Positions 16,639 to 31,036 of a stretch of 64,000 bases of DNA are shown one piece after another. The position numbers were made by a program, and so were the translations under genes. Numbering within the stretch: the first letter of the stretch is position 1; each line of letters opens with the position of its first letter. Source of the DNA: Octopus vulgaris (lineage: Eukaryota); NCBI GenBank assembly GCA_951406725.2, contig OX597830.1, positions 70,370,001 to 70,434,000 on the forward strand, read 5' to 3'. A model generated the notes under the pieces. That model did no database searches and was not told where the DNA came from. It worked only from the letters and a program-made list of their open reading frames with translations.

Positions 16639-17692
16639 TATATATATGTTGGCGTGGGCGTGGCTGTGTGGTAAGAAGCTTCTTTCCAAACCACATGGTC
16701 CCGAGTTTAGCTCCTCTGCATGGCAAGTGTCTTCTACTATAGCCTCGTGCCGACCAAAGTCTTGTGGATGGATATGGTAGACGGAAATTGAATATATATA
16801 TATATATCGTTGCTATTATGCAAGAGTGTTGTAAGTCCATACCAACACCATTGTACTACACTTTGACAATTTTCGATATCTTGGCATCTGAAGCAGCTGG
16901 AGATACGATAGTTTGACTTAAAGAACCGGCTATTGCAAGCAAAAATAAATATTGGAAAAAAAAAGCCAAATTTGGATATACGACAGTTTAACATCATACC
17001 AACGATATATATATATACATACATGCATATATATATATAACATATAAGGGTTGTTTGTCTCCCTTCCACTACCGTTTGATAACCGCTGTTGGTCTGTTTA
17101 CATCTCTAACTTTGCGGTTCGTCCTCGAACTTAAAATAGATATACATTTGATCGACTAAACCTTTGAAGGCGCTGCTTCGACATGCTCCCAGCGGCATAG
17201 GGACAATAATAAGACATTTCATCTGTTGAATGTTTCAAATAAATAAATAGATAAATAACATAACATAACATAAATAAGGGTCCCAGGAAACCTGTGGTGG
17301 CCTGTGTCTACAGGAATGGTATTTGTGAAGTCCGAGATTGGAAATGGTTGAATGCTGCGAAGAGATGACGAATCTGAAAACATTCCGGAAGTAGTCAAAC
17401 CACGAACTGATAAAGTTTAGTTTGGCTTCTACTGTATCTATCTTTGCATGTATGGGCTTGCAAGCATGTGTATGTGTGCATGTGTATACATATTTGCCTA
17501 AGTGTACATATAAATGTATTTGTATACGTATAAATGAATTTATGTGTGCCTATCTATATATGTCTGTGTGTGTGTTTGTGAGTGTGTGTATGTGTGTGTG
17601 TGTGTGTGTATGTATACTCGCACAAGTAGACATTTTATGAATGTTTATAATACATACAAATATAAATATAAATGCATGTGTTTGTGCGTGTA

Positions 17693-17745
<53 letters not shown>

Positions 17746-18051
17746 GTATGCATAAATATATATAGATATATGTATATATGTATATATATATATGTATATA
17801 TGTATATATGTATATATATATGTATGTGTGTATATATATATATATATGTGTGTACATGTGTGTGTGGTATGTGTGTATATATATATATATAAATACGTAC
17901 ACATTTACATAAATATGTATATGCTGGTATAAAGGTATTCCACGTATGAGATGTATATGCATCTGTATATTTACAGATATTTATTTAATATAAGTGTATC
18001 GAAAGACAAGAGAAAAAGGGAGAAACAGGGAGAGAGAGAGAGAGAGGAAGG

Positions 18052-18126
<75 letters not shown>

Positions 18127-18332
18127 AGGAAAGAAAGAAAGCGAGAGAAAGTCTTGTTTAAACTGTTATGATTGATTGAGAGGTGAAGATACCAGAACCA
18201 TTAACCATGAAATGTAACTTCATATCTCCGAAAGGTGGCGTTGCTTATTCCTTGAAAAATGACTTCATGTCTAATTAAATTCTTCGTTCTTTTCTCTGTT
18301 GTGTTCCTTCTTCTTCACTCTTATCTTTCCAT

Positions 18333-18483
18333 TTCTTCTTCTTCTTCTTCTTCTTCTTCTTCTTCTTCTTCTTCTTCTTCTTCTTCTTCTTCTTCTTCTT
18401 CTTCTTCTTCTTCTTCTTCTTCTTCTTCTTCTTCTTCTTCTTCTTCTTCTTCTTCTTCTTCTTCTTCTTCTTCTTCTTCTTCT
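18333..18483. repeat. (TTC)n microsatellite, about 50 units
   Basis: Direct reading; similar (AAG/TTC)n tracts at ~22454-22545, 24001-24068 and 24953-25063. Confidence 0.97.
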
Positions 18484-18799
18484 AAATATTATTACTAGCA
18501 TTGTTGCTGTTGTTGTTATTGTTGTTGTTGTAATTGTTGTTATTGTTTTTATTGTTATTATTACTTTGTGTAGCACAGAAAATTCGCTGGCGAATATAAC
18601 AGTATGTCAGCTGTCCACAACCAGAGAACTGAGGTAACGCACTATATTCAGATTTCAAGAACTCTGCGAGGGATTCCTGCAGTTTCAGGCAACGTTGTTT
18701 TCCATAGTTGCTCTACCTTTACAGTTACTCCACTCCTTTCAGTCTAGTTTGTAAGATTGGTACTTTATAGTACACAAAGCTCCTGCAGTAACAACCCAA

Positions 18800-19132
18800 C
18801 TTTGTCTTCGGGGGTCGATATAATAGTAACAGTTATGCACTGAGGTCGATGTAATCGACTTGTCCCCCGCCTTCCCACAAAATTGCTCGTTTTGTGCCAA
18901 AATATGAGACCATTATTGACTAGCTGGCAGAATTGTTAGCACGCCGAGTGAAATGCTTAACGGCATTTGTCTGTCTTTATGTTCTGAGTTCAAATTCCGC
19001 CGATGTTGACTTTGCCTTTCATCCTTTCGGGGTCGGTAGATTAAGTAAGTACCAGTGAAACACTGGTGTCGATGTAATCGACTAGTCACCTTCCCCAAAA
19101 TATCAGACCTTTTGTGTCTATAGTAGAAAGGA
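18800..19132 (+). mobile_element. Older family A SINE copies (3' fragment plus near-complete copy)
   Basis: agctggcagaattgttagc...gagttcaaattccgccgatgttgactttgcctttcatcctttcggggtcg. Confidence 0.8.
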
Positions 19133-19136
19133 TTAC

Positions 19137-19193
<57 letters not shown>

Positions 19194-21962
19194 TTGATGG
19201 AACTGTGTGAAAATTGTGGGGTTATGTTTTTCGTTCTTTAGTTTTCTGCATTTCCTTTTCTTTCTGCTGGGGGTGGGGGTAGTGGTGAGTTGGCAAAATG
19301 GGTCCAAGTATCGTTCTTCACCTCCTTTCCTTTCTTTTCACAAAAAAACAAATGTCTTCCGGTAATATTTTGCTAAATCCATTTTGCCGCCATTCATTGT
19401 AGCGGTCACATAATGGGAGTTGATTCAATCGACAACATTATCCTCATTAATTTATATATCTGTGCTAAGATTTTATTTTGATTTAAGATATACAAACAAT
19501 ATGTGTGGCTTACTCAAGTAAGGCAGGGTCAAGCCCAAGACATTCCTTATGGTCGCCGAAAATTCTGGAAGGAGAGCATGGAAAAAGAGAAGGTCTGAAT
19601 CAACAGGTAAATACTTTCCGATGCATTTCCTCCTTCAATTTCCGTCATCTGTCCAAGTTCAGTCACAGATATCCAATCAATGACTTGAGATTATGTCAGG
19701 AAACACTTGCTCAAGTTATCAAGCATTGGAAGCAAACACAAAAAAACCACGAGTTTATTATTGTTGTTATTAATTAAAATAAAATTCTCTTTACAAGAAA
19801 TTAAGTGGTTTCTTTGATCGTGCAACAGTAGATTTCTTGTAGAAATGGAGTCGACTCTAAATAATACCCGAGTAAAATATCCATAGACATCGAGATTCAT
19901 TAATTCCTAATGAATTCGTTAAAGGGGTGATGATAGAGATGAAATTAGGTGAAAAGATGGTTGCTTTGTATGCGAACAAACATGGAGTAGGTCCATAAGA
20001 TGATTAGAAGAATAAACTAACGAAATATACGTGTGCATTAATTAAGCACTAATTCTCCAATGCCTGCTGTGGGTAGTATCTATATTAACAAATGTTTGGA
20101 TTAGTCTCAAGATACATGTTTTCATTCGCCATAAACACAGAATGGTGATGGTGCTATGAAAAACAGCATGATGCCTTCTGCCAGTAGTCATATAAAATGT
20201 GTTGTACGCCAAATATTAAAATCTTATTAATTGGCACCCTCAGATTAAATGCAAACTTCTGAACTATTGGTTACGAGTGCGGGCTGATCGAGCGACGATT
20301 TGAGACTCTGAAACAATTTTTCCTTAATATTTCGAAGTGTTATAAAACCACCATAAAACTAAAGAGCTGTGAAAATTGATATACCTTCTTTCACGTGTTG
20401 ATTACTGAATAATCCTTACGTTGGTTTCATTGAATGAGTGTACCACTTGTTCAAACAATTATACAATAATGGCCGAGTATCCCACAGACACCAGAGCCTT
20501 TAATGTAATCCTGTGGCAGAAGAGGATTTAGAGTGACATAGATTATGATAATGCTGAGTATTTTCAATTGCTCGTGCTATTCATCGAACGGCTTCCGAAC
20601 GGTTTCCGTCCACTCTATATCACACGACTTTGTGATAGAGGAATCGAAATCGAGACTTCGTGACTGTGAAGCGAACTTATGAACTATCGGTCATGAGTGC
20701 GGCCTGATCAATTAACGGTTTAAGATTCTGAAGTAATTTTTCCTTAATATTTCTGAAGCGTTATAAAATGAATATGCCTAATATTTTAGGACAGACAAAC
20801 AAGTCTTTTTGCAAACAGCTGATCATTTGAAATTGAACCAACAAAAAAACCTGCATGCGGTTGCTCAAGCTGTTAGAAACAACAACTTAATCTTCAAATC
20901 ACATTCAGGCTATTTAAAAAAATATGGAAGAATACATTTGCTTAACAACAGTAGCAGCAGCAGCAACAAAAACAATAAAGGCAACAAGGATTTTCATTAA
21001 TCAAAAGTGTAATCTATCCACAGAAGATTTCATTCGTTAACCAACAGCCGTCACTCATCAACATTTCAAACCAGCCTTTCACATTTTTATCACATGTGGA
21101 GTATCTTTGTGATAATTATCTCTCTGTAATATTACAATGTTGATTCAATGCTTCTGCTGTTCTCTCTAGTCTTGCCGACTAATAGTATTTTCTCCAGCAA
21201 CCGGGTATCATGGGTGGCTTTATTTTTGGACTGAGTGTTTATTCTTGGATAATTTATAGATACATATAGAACATTTCTTTCTTTTAGACATGTAATTAAA
21301 ACACGACTGTGTTTGAGTTTGATCTTTTGATTACTTTCTTTTAAAATATCTCCTCATTAGTCCTTTATGTTAAGTTTAAAACAACAGCGCTCCTAAGTTC
21401 TCTCATAAAGTTTCATGTTTTCCTCGGTCTCATCATCTGAATGAAATGATAATAATAGTCATATCATGCGTGCACTTTTCAGTAGGTCGCAAATGATCAT
21501 GAGAATAAAGTTACAACTGATAACATCACCAACGCCAGATATAAACTTATTCAGTGGTTAATATTTAGGAGCTTTAAAGAAATTATTGCTTGATTATTAT
21601 AACTCTCTGTAGGTTTTCTTTTAGTTTGTTTTTCGTTATTAATGAAGCTTCCCTGCTTAATCGTGTCTTTTCTTTTGTGATGGTAGTGATATAAACTAAT
21701 ACATATTTTCAAAAATCTTATTAAATTTCGTGCATTGCATTGGGTAAAGAACTGCAATTGGCCTCTTGTTGTAAATACACTGTCAGCCGGCGATAACGTG
21801 TGGTACTTGTGCACAGGAGGTAACAATTTGAGAAAATGAAGTTTATAACTGTCATTCATGCTTACGTGGAAATTTACCCAATTACATTGGCTGGCTGATA
21901 TTACCTGTGGTAGCAAAAGTATGCTTCCCATATTACCCAACATATGAAAGGTTAACACCCTA

Positions 21963-22030
<68 letters not shown>

Positions 22031-22075
22031 CCTTGTGAGTGGATTTGGTAGACGGAAACTGAAAGAAGCCCGTCG

Positions 22076-22134
<59 letters not shown>

Positions 22135-22267
22135 GTGTGTGTGTATGTGTGTGTGTGTGTATGTGTGTGTCTATATGCTTGTGTGTCTGTTTGTCCCCCA
22201 ACATCGCTTGACAACCGATTATAATAATAATAATAATAATAATAATAATTATTATTATTATTATTAT

Positions 22268-22446
22268 TGCGGTGAGCTGGCAGAACTGTTAGGACTCCGG
22301 GAAAAAAAAGTTTAGCAGCATTTCGTCCGTCTGTACATTCTGAGTTCAAATTCCGTCGAGATCGACTTTGTCTCCCATCCTTTTGCAGTCGATAAAATAA
22401 GTACCTCTCTCGGAATTGCTGGCATTGTGCCAAAATTAGAAACCAT
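22268..22446 (+). mobile_element. Older family A SINE
   Basis: gcggtgagctggcagaac...gagttcaaattcc...gtgccaaaattagaaacc. Confidence 0.8.
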
Positions 22447-22729
22447 TATCATCCTTCTTCTTCTTCTTCTTCTTCTTCTTCTTCTTCTTCTTCTTCTTCT
22501 TCTTCTTCTTCTTCTTCTTCTTCTTCTTCTTCTTCTTCTTCTTTCTTTCTTTCTTTCTTTATTGTTGTTGTTATGCTTATGCGTGAAAGGCTGAAGTAGG
22601 CAAGATGTGTTTAGATTATTCTGTACGATATCCACATTTTGGTTTTCTTCATTGTGTTCTTACTTCCTTGTTACTTCCTCCACCTTATACTCATCATCAT
22701 CATCATCATGGTCATCCCCATCTTCGTCG

Positions 22730-22782
<53 letters not shown>

Positions 22783-22922
22783 TCTAAAGTCTTCATCTTC
22801 TGCTGTAATCAACTTCCTCATCTTCTGGCTCTTCCCTTCCAGAACTGTGTGTGTATATATGTGTGTATGTGTGTGTGTGTGATTGTGTGATTGTGTGTGT
22901 GTGTAATTGTCTGTGTGTGAGT

Positions 22923-22960
<38 letters not shown>

Positions 22961-23294
22961 CTTTTTCATTAATTTCATTTCCTCGTCTTACGGTAGTTAA
23001 CGTCATCATAATAATCAGTTATCATTAGAATCTAGATATCATTAAAACTATCTTTTTCTAGACAAGCACGGGCGCTCACACACTCACACTCGCACAAACA
23101 CACACACACGCATACACACACACACACACACACACGTAAACACACACACGCACATGCACACACAAAGAAACTAAATGAAACAGAAAAAACCCCTAAAAAT
23201 ATCAGCTTCGTCGTCGTCGGCGTCATCATCGTCGTCGACGTGGTCGTCGTGGTCGTCGTGATCGTCATCGTGGCCATTATCATCAGTATGGTGG

Positions 23295-23328
<34 letters not shown>

Positions 23329-23673
23329 TATCATCATCATCGTCAGTAACGGCAATAAGGATTTCTAAAGTTAGGCGCTAGACCACACACACGCACATTA
23401 CGGGCAATTAAATGGCTCCAGTACTTGAATAAGTACTTCATTTTATCGAAACTATAAACGATGAAGTATGTATGTTATTAGTCTGAAAGTATCAATGACG
23501 AGGTCCATCTCGGAAAGATCTGAACCCAGAAGGGGCAAACGAACATTTCTACCAATAAATACAAAACCCAACATATTTTTCAGCGAAGGACAAAGATTTG
23601 ATAGGTTTGATTTTAATCGCCCCTAGTAATGTTTTTGGCTACCAAACATTTATTAACCTATAATTGTATAAAG

Positions 23674-23900
23674 GTGAGCTGGCAGAAACGTTAGCAAGCC
23701 GGGCGAAATGCGTTGCCGTATTTCGTCTGCCGTTACGTTCTGAGTTCAAATTCCGCCGAGGTCGACTTTGCCTTTCATCCTTCCGGGGTCGATAAATTAA
23801 GTACCAGTTACGCACTGGGGTCGATGTAATCGACTTAATCCGTTTGTCTATCCTTGTTTGTCTCCTCTGTGTTTAGCCCCTTGTGGGTAGTAAAGAAATA
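23674..23900 (+). mobile_element. SINE family A, young subfamily
   Basis: Near-identical to 9285-9508; 15-bp TSD tataattgtataaag (23659-23673 / 23901-23915). Confidence 0.9.
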
Positions 23901-24358
23901 TATAATTGTATAAAGCAACATTAAAAGAAGCTGTGGGCCACTAAAGCTATAGCGTGATCACTAGTAATACGCGTGGGTCATGTCATCATCGTCGTCGTTG
24001 TCTTCTTCTTCTTCTTCTTCTTCTTCTTCTTCTTCTTCTTCTTCTTCTTCTTCTTCTTCTTCTTCTTCTCCTCCTCCTCCACCTCACTTTTTTCGTCTTT
24101 CTCTGTCTCTCTCTGTCTCTCTCTTTCTGACGTGTTTATGCTCGTATTTCTTCGTGCGGAGTTTCTTGGGGGGGCCATGAATCACCAAGCTTTTCTTTGC
24201 AGATATGGAAAAACAAAAAAAAAGGGGTTCATCTAATGACTAGATAAAGAAAAAAAAGGAGCAGGCAATGTCCATGGTCTTTGTGGGTCTTCCGAGACCA
24301 GCGCGATTGATATCGTTAAAGAGAAGCTAAAACTGTTGCAAGACAACAACAATGGCGG

Positions 24359-24390
<32 letters not shown>

Positions 24391-24889
24391 ACGACGACTA
24401 GCAAGTAGACATATACAGGGAGGAGAATTCCAAAGGATAAACTTCCGGGAGTGGAAGGGGAGAAAGAAATGGGTGCAGTGGTTAGTGCACGGCTATTTTG
24501 GACACAGCATATGCGATGAGAGAAAAAGAGGAGACGAGACGAGTGAGTGGAAGGTGGCTGAACGAATGCTTGTAACACGACGGCGGCCATTTTGCGAGGA
24601 GCAAAGAGACCGTTGTATGAAGCCGCTTAGGCAAAATAAATCGTTATAAATCCATTCGTGCCCACCCCTTCTCACCCTTCAATATGTATATAATCAATCT
24701 ATAATTAATCTTATTACAAATATGCCAAGAATTCCGTCAGAAATGTCTAGAACTATTTTCGCATCGATTCGATTTGTGTTCTTTGGATTTGTTTTTCTTC
24801 TGCATAGAGTTGTCTTCGGTTAAAATACAGTACAAACAACATCAACATCAACAACAACAATGATAATAACAATAATAATAATAATAATA

Positions 24890-24954
<65 letters not shown>

Positions 24955-25532
24955 AAGAAGAAGAAGAAGAAGAAGAAGAAGAAGAAGAAGAAGAAGAAGA
25001 AGAAGAAGAAGAAGAAGAAGAAGAAGAAGAAGAAGAAGAAGAAGAAGAAGAAGAAGAAGAAGAAATGTTTACGAGTTTAGGCTCAAGGCCAGAAAATTTT
25101 TTAAGTGAAGTCGATAACAGACCCCAGTTCTAGACTGAACAACAAAACAACAACAATAACAACAACAACAACGACAACAACAAAAACAACGACAGCAGCA
25201 ATCCTAGATGAACGAGGTTTCCTTTATTTTTTTAATTATTTTTTTTTTTAGCTTTTATGTTTCGTAGAATTAGTTTGTTTTCATTCTTATATCGTCTCCA
25301 CCCTTAACAGAAGTAAAAAAAAAAATAAGACACACACACACACACACACACACAAATACATACATAAACATACATCTATGCGTACATACATACATGCACA
25401 CATACATACACGCACAAGCACACTAAGACAAATAATAGTAATAACATCCATCATCATTAGTTTGTTTTTGTTTCATTCTTATATCGTCTCCACCCTTAAC
25501 AGAAAGTAAAAAAAAAAATTCATCATCATCAT

Positions 25533-25627
<95 letters not shown>

Positions 25628-26399
25628 ATAATAATAATAATCCACAATAAATTCCAACTTTGAACTCTCTGTTATAGTTCAAGGATTTTGCTTTTGGTTT
25701 CTTTTTCTTTTTTATATATATATATTTTTTTCTCCATACTATTGATTTTGTGTTCTGCTTAATACAGTAATTAATTTTGCTAATAATAATTGACATAATG
25801 TTTTCATTTACTTATTTATCTATTTATTTATTTCTTTTATTTAATGTGTCCGTGTATGCAGGAATTGTGTATGTAATTTTTTTTTTCAATAATTTATTTA
25901 TATTTATTCTTTATCATCATCATCATCATCATCATCATCATTATCATCATTATCATCATCATCATCATTGTTATTGTTATTATTATTATTTCCATTTTCA
26001 TTTCCTTAAAATTTACCCGAATTCTAGACAATTTTTGAAATTAAGTTAATACACTATTGTATTTTATACGTACGTACATACATACATACATACATACATA
26101 TATACTTACATACGTACATGAATATATATGTGTGTGTATGTGTGTGTATATATATGTGTGTGCGTATATATATATATATAGATATATATATATACATGCA
26201 CATACATAAATATATGCATATATCTGTGTATGTATGCGTATGTATACACACAGACACACACATATATATGTATATATACATATTAATGTATATATATATG
26301 TATATACAGGTATGTATATGAATGTATGTATGAATGTACATAATGCAGATTTATATAATACATATATATAGGCATATACATATGTATATATAACGCGTG

Positions 26400-26448
<49 letters not shown>

Positions 26449-27121
26449 ATGCATGCTCGTTACATTAAATTACGGAATTTTAGTAAGTTTAGGAATTGTT
26501 TTGAACTGAAGAAATTTTATGAGTTATTGGGACAAGAACTTAATTTCAATTTCCAAATCATTGATAACCAAACTAACGACATCGATCACAACGACGACGA
26601 CGATGATCATAATGATAAAATTAACGATAATGACGATTGTTGGTGATAGTGATGCTGGAAGAGATGGTGGCTTCGGAGATGGTGTTGGTGATGAGGACGA
26701 ACGTAAGGAGGAGGGGGTAATGAAGGCGACTTAATCTACGTTGGTATTTTATTGGCTTAATGTTAGTTCAACGAATATGCCCATCGCTAAGTGGATGCAC
26801 TGGACGGCATTGTCCCCTTACTATTATTCAATGGCGCATCCTCAAATTTACGGTGATGCACTTATTTCGAAATACCACTTTAGAATTATTAAAAATCAGT
26901 GTCCACCCGCAATATTTTTGAAGTACCCCCAAGTACCAAAGTTTGGCGACCGGCCTCCGTCAACCTCAGAATAGACGAAAAGCAAAGCCGATTGGTGATA
27001 GATTTCTCCATCCAGAACGTAAAAGGGTGGTAACAAAATAACAACCACAAGGCACTTTATCCTACATGTCTACTAATGTTACGATCTGGCATAATATATA
27101 TATTATTATAATTATCTAATG

Positions 27122-27288
<167 letters not shown>

Positions 27289-27524
27289 AAGAAGAAGAAG
27301 AAGAAAATTAAGAATAATAATAATGATGATGATGATGATAATGATGATGATGACGATAATAATAATTTCTTCCATTAAAATAATTATATAATCCTTTCAT
27401 TTATATGCCCTACTAAGGCCCATTCATGCATAAAAAAGCATGTTACGAGGGGACGGACAGGACATGTGGAGATTTACTGATGTATAATTGCATACAAAAG
27501 AGAGCTGGAGCGAGAACAATAATA

Positions 27525-27588
<64 letters not shown>

Positions 27589-27984
27589 GTTTGTATGTAT
27601 GTATGTATGTATGTATGTATGTATGTATATCAACTATATATTTCGAACAATCTTCCTAACGAGATGGCTCATAAAAGCTATGAAATAATCGTATTACGTA
27701 ACAGTTATTGAAACAACTGTAGGATTGAATGCACTGATATTGCTTTCTATTGTTCTTTCAATTTGTATTTTGTTCTGTCTATCCGTTGCTGCCTATATAC
27801 CATAGTACATGAAACCATTCTACATGGACTTGAATTTTAACTGTAATTTTAGGCGCTTAATTCGATAAAGTATATTGCAGCTCCAATATAACTGATCATT
27901 TCTTGTGCGTATACAGCGCATCATAAAGTTGTGAACGCACATATGTACGTACGTATGTATAAGTATGTGTGTATGTATATATAT

Positions 27985-28017
<33 letters not shown>

Positions 28018-28055
28018 CATTGACCTGTCTAATTTGCTTATACCTACATTTACTG

Positions 28056-28122
<67 letters not shown>

Positions 28123-28143
28123 TACATATATAATACATGAATG

Positions 28144-28177
<34 letters not shown>

Positions 28178-28226
28178 CATACATACATAAATACATACAT
28201 ACATACATACATATATATATAAATAT

Positions 28227-28477
28227 GCTCTCTTTAACATTACACCAAAACACATTAAAACAGAAACTGACCCTATAGGGTTCAAGAAGTCTTTGGACAG
28301 ATTCCTTCAAGAAATCCCGGATAAACCCCCTACACCTGGATATGTCTCTGTAAACAATAACTCTTTACTTGAGTGGGCCATAGTGCCCAAATTCTGACTT
28401 GAAAGACTTCACCAGGTGGTGCTATTAAGTTAGACATGGCCTGGGCCAATAATGGCCGAAACCTATCAAAGTATACC
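28227..28477 (+). mobile_element. 3' end of a CR1/L2/Jockey-group LINE (ORF2 C-terminus plus 3' UTR), 5'-truncated
   Basis: 28227-28397 translates to [56 protein letters not shown], matching the LFNxxPxxI...FKxxLDxFLxxIPDxP C-terminal signature of these LINEs. Short 3' UTR with a GGCCA-ATAA-TGGCC hairpin; lies between TA tracts. Confidence 0.75.
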
Positions 28478-28492
28478 TATATATATATATTG

Positions 28493-28938
28493 TTGTATTT
28501 CGGGATGGTCATTTAAAAAAACATTTGCCAAATAAACACACGTACTATATATTTTTTATTCACTCATTTTACTACAGTTCTTATTTTATTATTTTAACTC
28601 ATGTCCATTATCCTGGAATCTTTCGTCACACATCTGTGACCTCTTCAGCGACACTTTTCATTTTCATGTGTGTTCTTGTTCCACTTACTTCGTTCTCTAT
28701 CCGTTGCAGCCTGTTTCATAGTAGTTGGAGTAAGAAAGAAGTAAGTGGAGCAAGAACACACATGAAAATGAAAAGTGTCGCTGAAGATGTCACAGATGTT
28801 TGACAAAAGATTTCCGGACAATGGACATGAGGTAAAATGATAAAACAAGATCAGTAATAAACGAGTGAAGAAAAATATATATAGTGCATGTGTTTATTCG
28901 GCCAAAAAAAAGGAAAATATGACCATCCCGAAATACAA
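28493..28938. mobile_element. Fold-back element with ~200-bp diverged inverted arms carrying hammerhead-like cores (Penelope-like derived)
   Basis: Termini ttgtatttcgggatggtcat / atgaccatcccgaaatacaa; arms are complementary up to a ~45-nt central loop. Left arm on the minus strand (28621-28648) reads CTGAAGA-G-GTCAC AGATGT GTGAC-GAAA; right-arm copy (28781-28808) has GAAA changed to AAAA. Confidence 0.65.
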
Positions 28939-28996
28939 TTATAACTGTTTCAACACACAATTTCACATCAGGAATCTTGCAAAACGAATTAATAAA

Positions 28997-29078
<82 letters not shown>

Positions 29079-29144
29079 TATGATTTAATAACAGTTTGAC
29101 TCAACTTACGCAACATAAAATTTCGTAGGCTTCGGGAGATCGAT

Positions 29145-29206
29145 CTCCGGATGCCTGACGAGTTAGGTTCGTTCAACGAGCAGACGAAATCTTAATTTGC
29201 ATGGAG
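29145..29206 (+). ncRNA. Candidate type I hammerhead ribozyme
   Basis: CUCC-gg-AUGC-CUGACGA-G[UU ag GUUCG UUCAA CGAGC a GA]C-GAAA-UCUUAAUUU-GCAU-GGAG. Canonical core, G-C closed helix II, and 8-bp bulged helix I; helix III and the cleavage register are imperfect. Confidence 0.5.
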
Positions 29207-29672
29207 CCGAGTCAAACTGCTCTTAAATAATACATGTAATTCTTACTAAATGTGTGCCACTTTCTTTCCTTTGTCCACTCACTCGTATATACACTTATAA
29301 AAACATCCATTCACAAGTAGTAAATAAATCGCCATCATCTTCTCCACATCGTTCCCACTTCACTCTTCAATAGGTCTTCCCCACCTCATTCGTCTCTTCG
29401 AGGAGAAATCTGGTACTGTACGTACAAAATACTGCCAAATGACCTATGACGATGTTAATAATATTTGATTTTAATACATGGGTGAGGCCAAAAACTGGGG
29501 AGAGGAATAAGCGATTAAGTGGACCCCAGGATGTGACTGCTACATTGTTTCATCCTAACTGGAAAGATGTAAATGAAAGCTAGTTTCAAGAGTATTTGAA
29601 CTCAGAAGAGTGAAAACAAATACAAGGCGTATTGTCGAGGCTATTACACAATACGGCCAATTATACGATACG

Positions 29673-30078
29673 GCAGAAACGTTAGCACACCGGGCGAAAT
29701 GCGTAGCCGTATTTCGTCTGCCGTTACGTTCTGGGTTCAAATTCCACCGAGGTCGACTTTGCCTTTCATCCTTTCGGGGTCGATAAATTTTGTTACCACC
29801 CTTTACGTTCTGGATGGACAAATCTATCACCAATCGGCTTTGCTTTCCGTCTATTCTGACGATGACGGAGGCCGGTCGCCAAACTTTGGTACTTGGGGGT
29901 ACTTCGAAATATTGCGGGTGGACATTGATTTTTAATAATTCTAAAGTGGTATTTCGAAATAAGTGCATCACCATAAAGTACCAGTTACGCACTGGGGTTG
30001 ATGTAATCGACTTAATCCGTTTGTCTGTCCTTGTTTGTCCCCCTCTGTGTTTAGCCCCTTGTGGGTAGTAAAGAAATA
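29673..30078 (+). mobile_element. SINE family A, young subfamily, interrupted by a 186-bp inverted copy of local DNA
   Basis: Same body and tail as 23674-23900; 11-bp TSD tatacgatacg (29662-29672 / 30079-30089); foreign segment at 29790-29975. Confidence 0.9.
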
Positions 30079-30865
30079 TATACGATACGTCCAATCCAAA
30101 ATTTCGTTTCTAGTATAGGCACAAGGTCAACCACGTGGGGGTGGGTAATAGTCGATAATATCGATCCCAGTAATTGACTGGTACTTTGTTATCGACCCCG
30201 AAAGAATTAAAGACAAATTTGACGTCGGAAAGATTGGATTTAAACACCGAACGTAAAGAGCTACCGGAAGGCATTTTGCACAATTGTACAATTTAATCTA
30301 GTAATTTGTTTGTCGTATGAAAGGTTATCCCTCCTCTTCGTATTAAAATGAGAAAAACAAAACAAATGTAACTCATCAAATAGAGTTTAACAGAGAAATA
30401 TTCTGTTAGAAATATCATTGTTTAAGATAAATTACAGTTTATATTGTGTTACATTATTATAATGTAATATTGTAAGCTATAAATAATATTGGTCTATTTA
30501 ATGCTTTGACTTTATCGTATATTTATTACACCTATATGAATTATATGCTGTTAATCAGATTAGAAAAATATCACGAACGCACAAACGCACTTGAACACAT
30601 ACACATACATTCACACACTGGTTCATACACACATTGAATTCCCTCTTACACACACACACACACATACACACGCGCGCGTACAGACACTCACACACATGTA
30701 TGTATGTCTATGTGTGTATGATATTGCATACATATACACAGCCCTGCACATACACACACACATACGTCTCATATATACATCTACAGATGCACGACAATAA
30801 ATGTGCATACGCACTTGATTTTATGTGTGTGTGTGTGTATAACTGTGTGTGTATATGTACGTATG

Positions 30866-30951
<86 letters not shown>

Positions 30952-30986
30952 CATACATACACATACAGAGTTATACACACACACCG

Positions 30987-31036
<50 letters not shown>

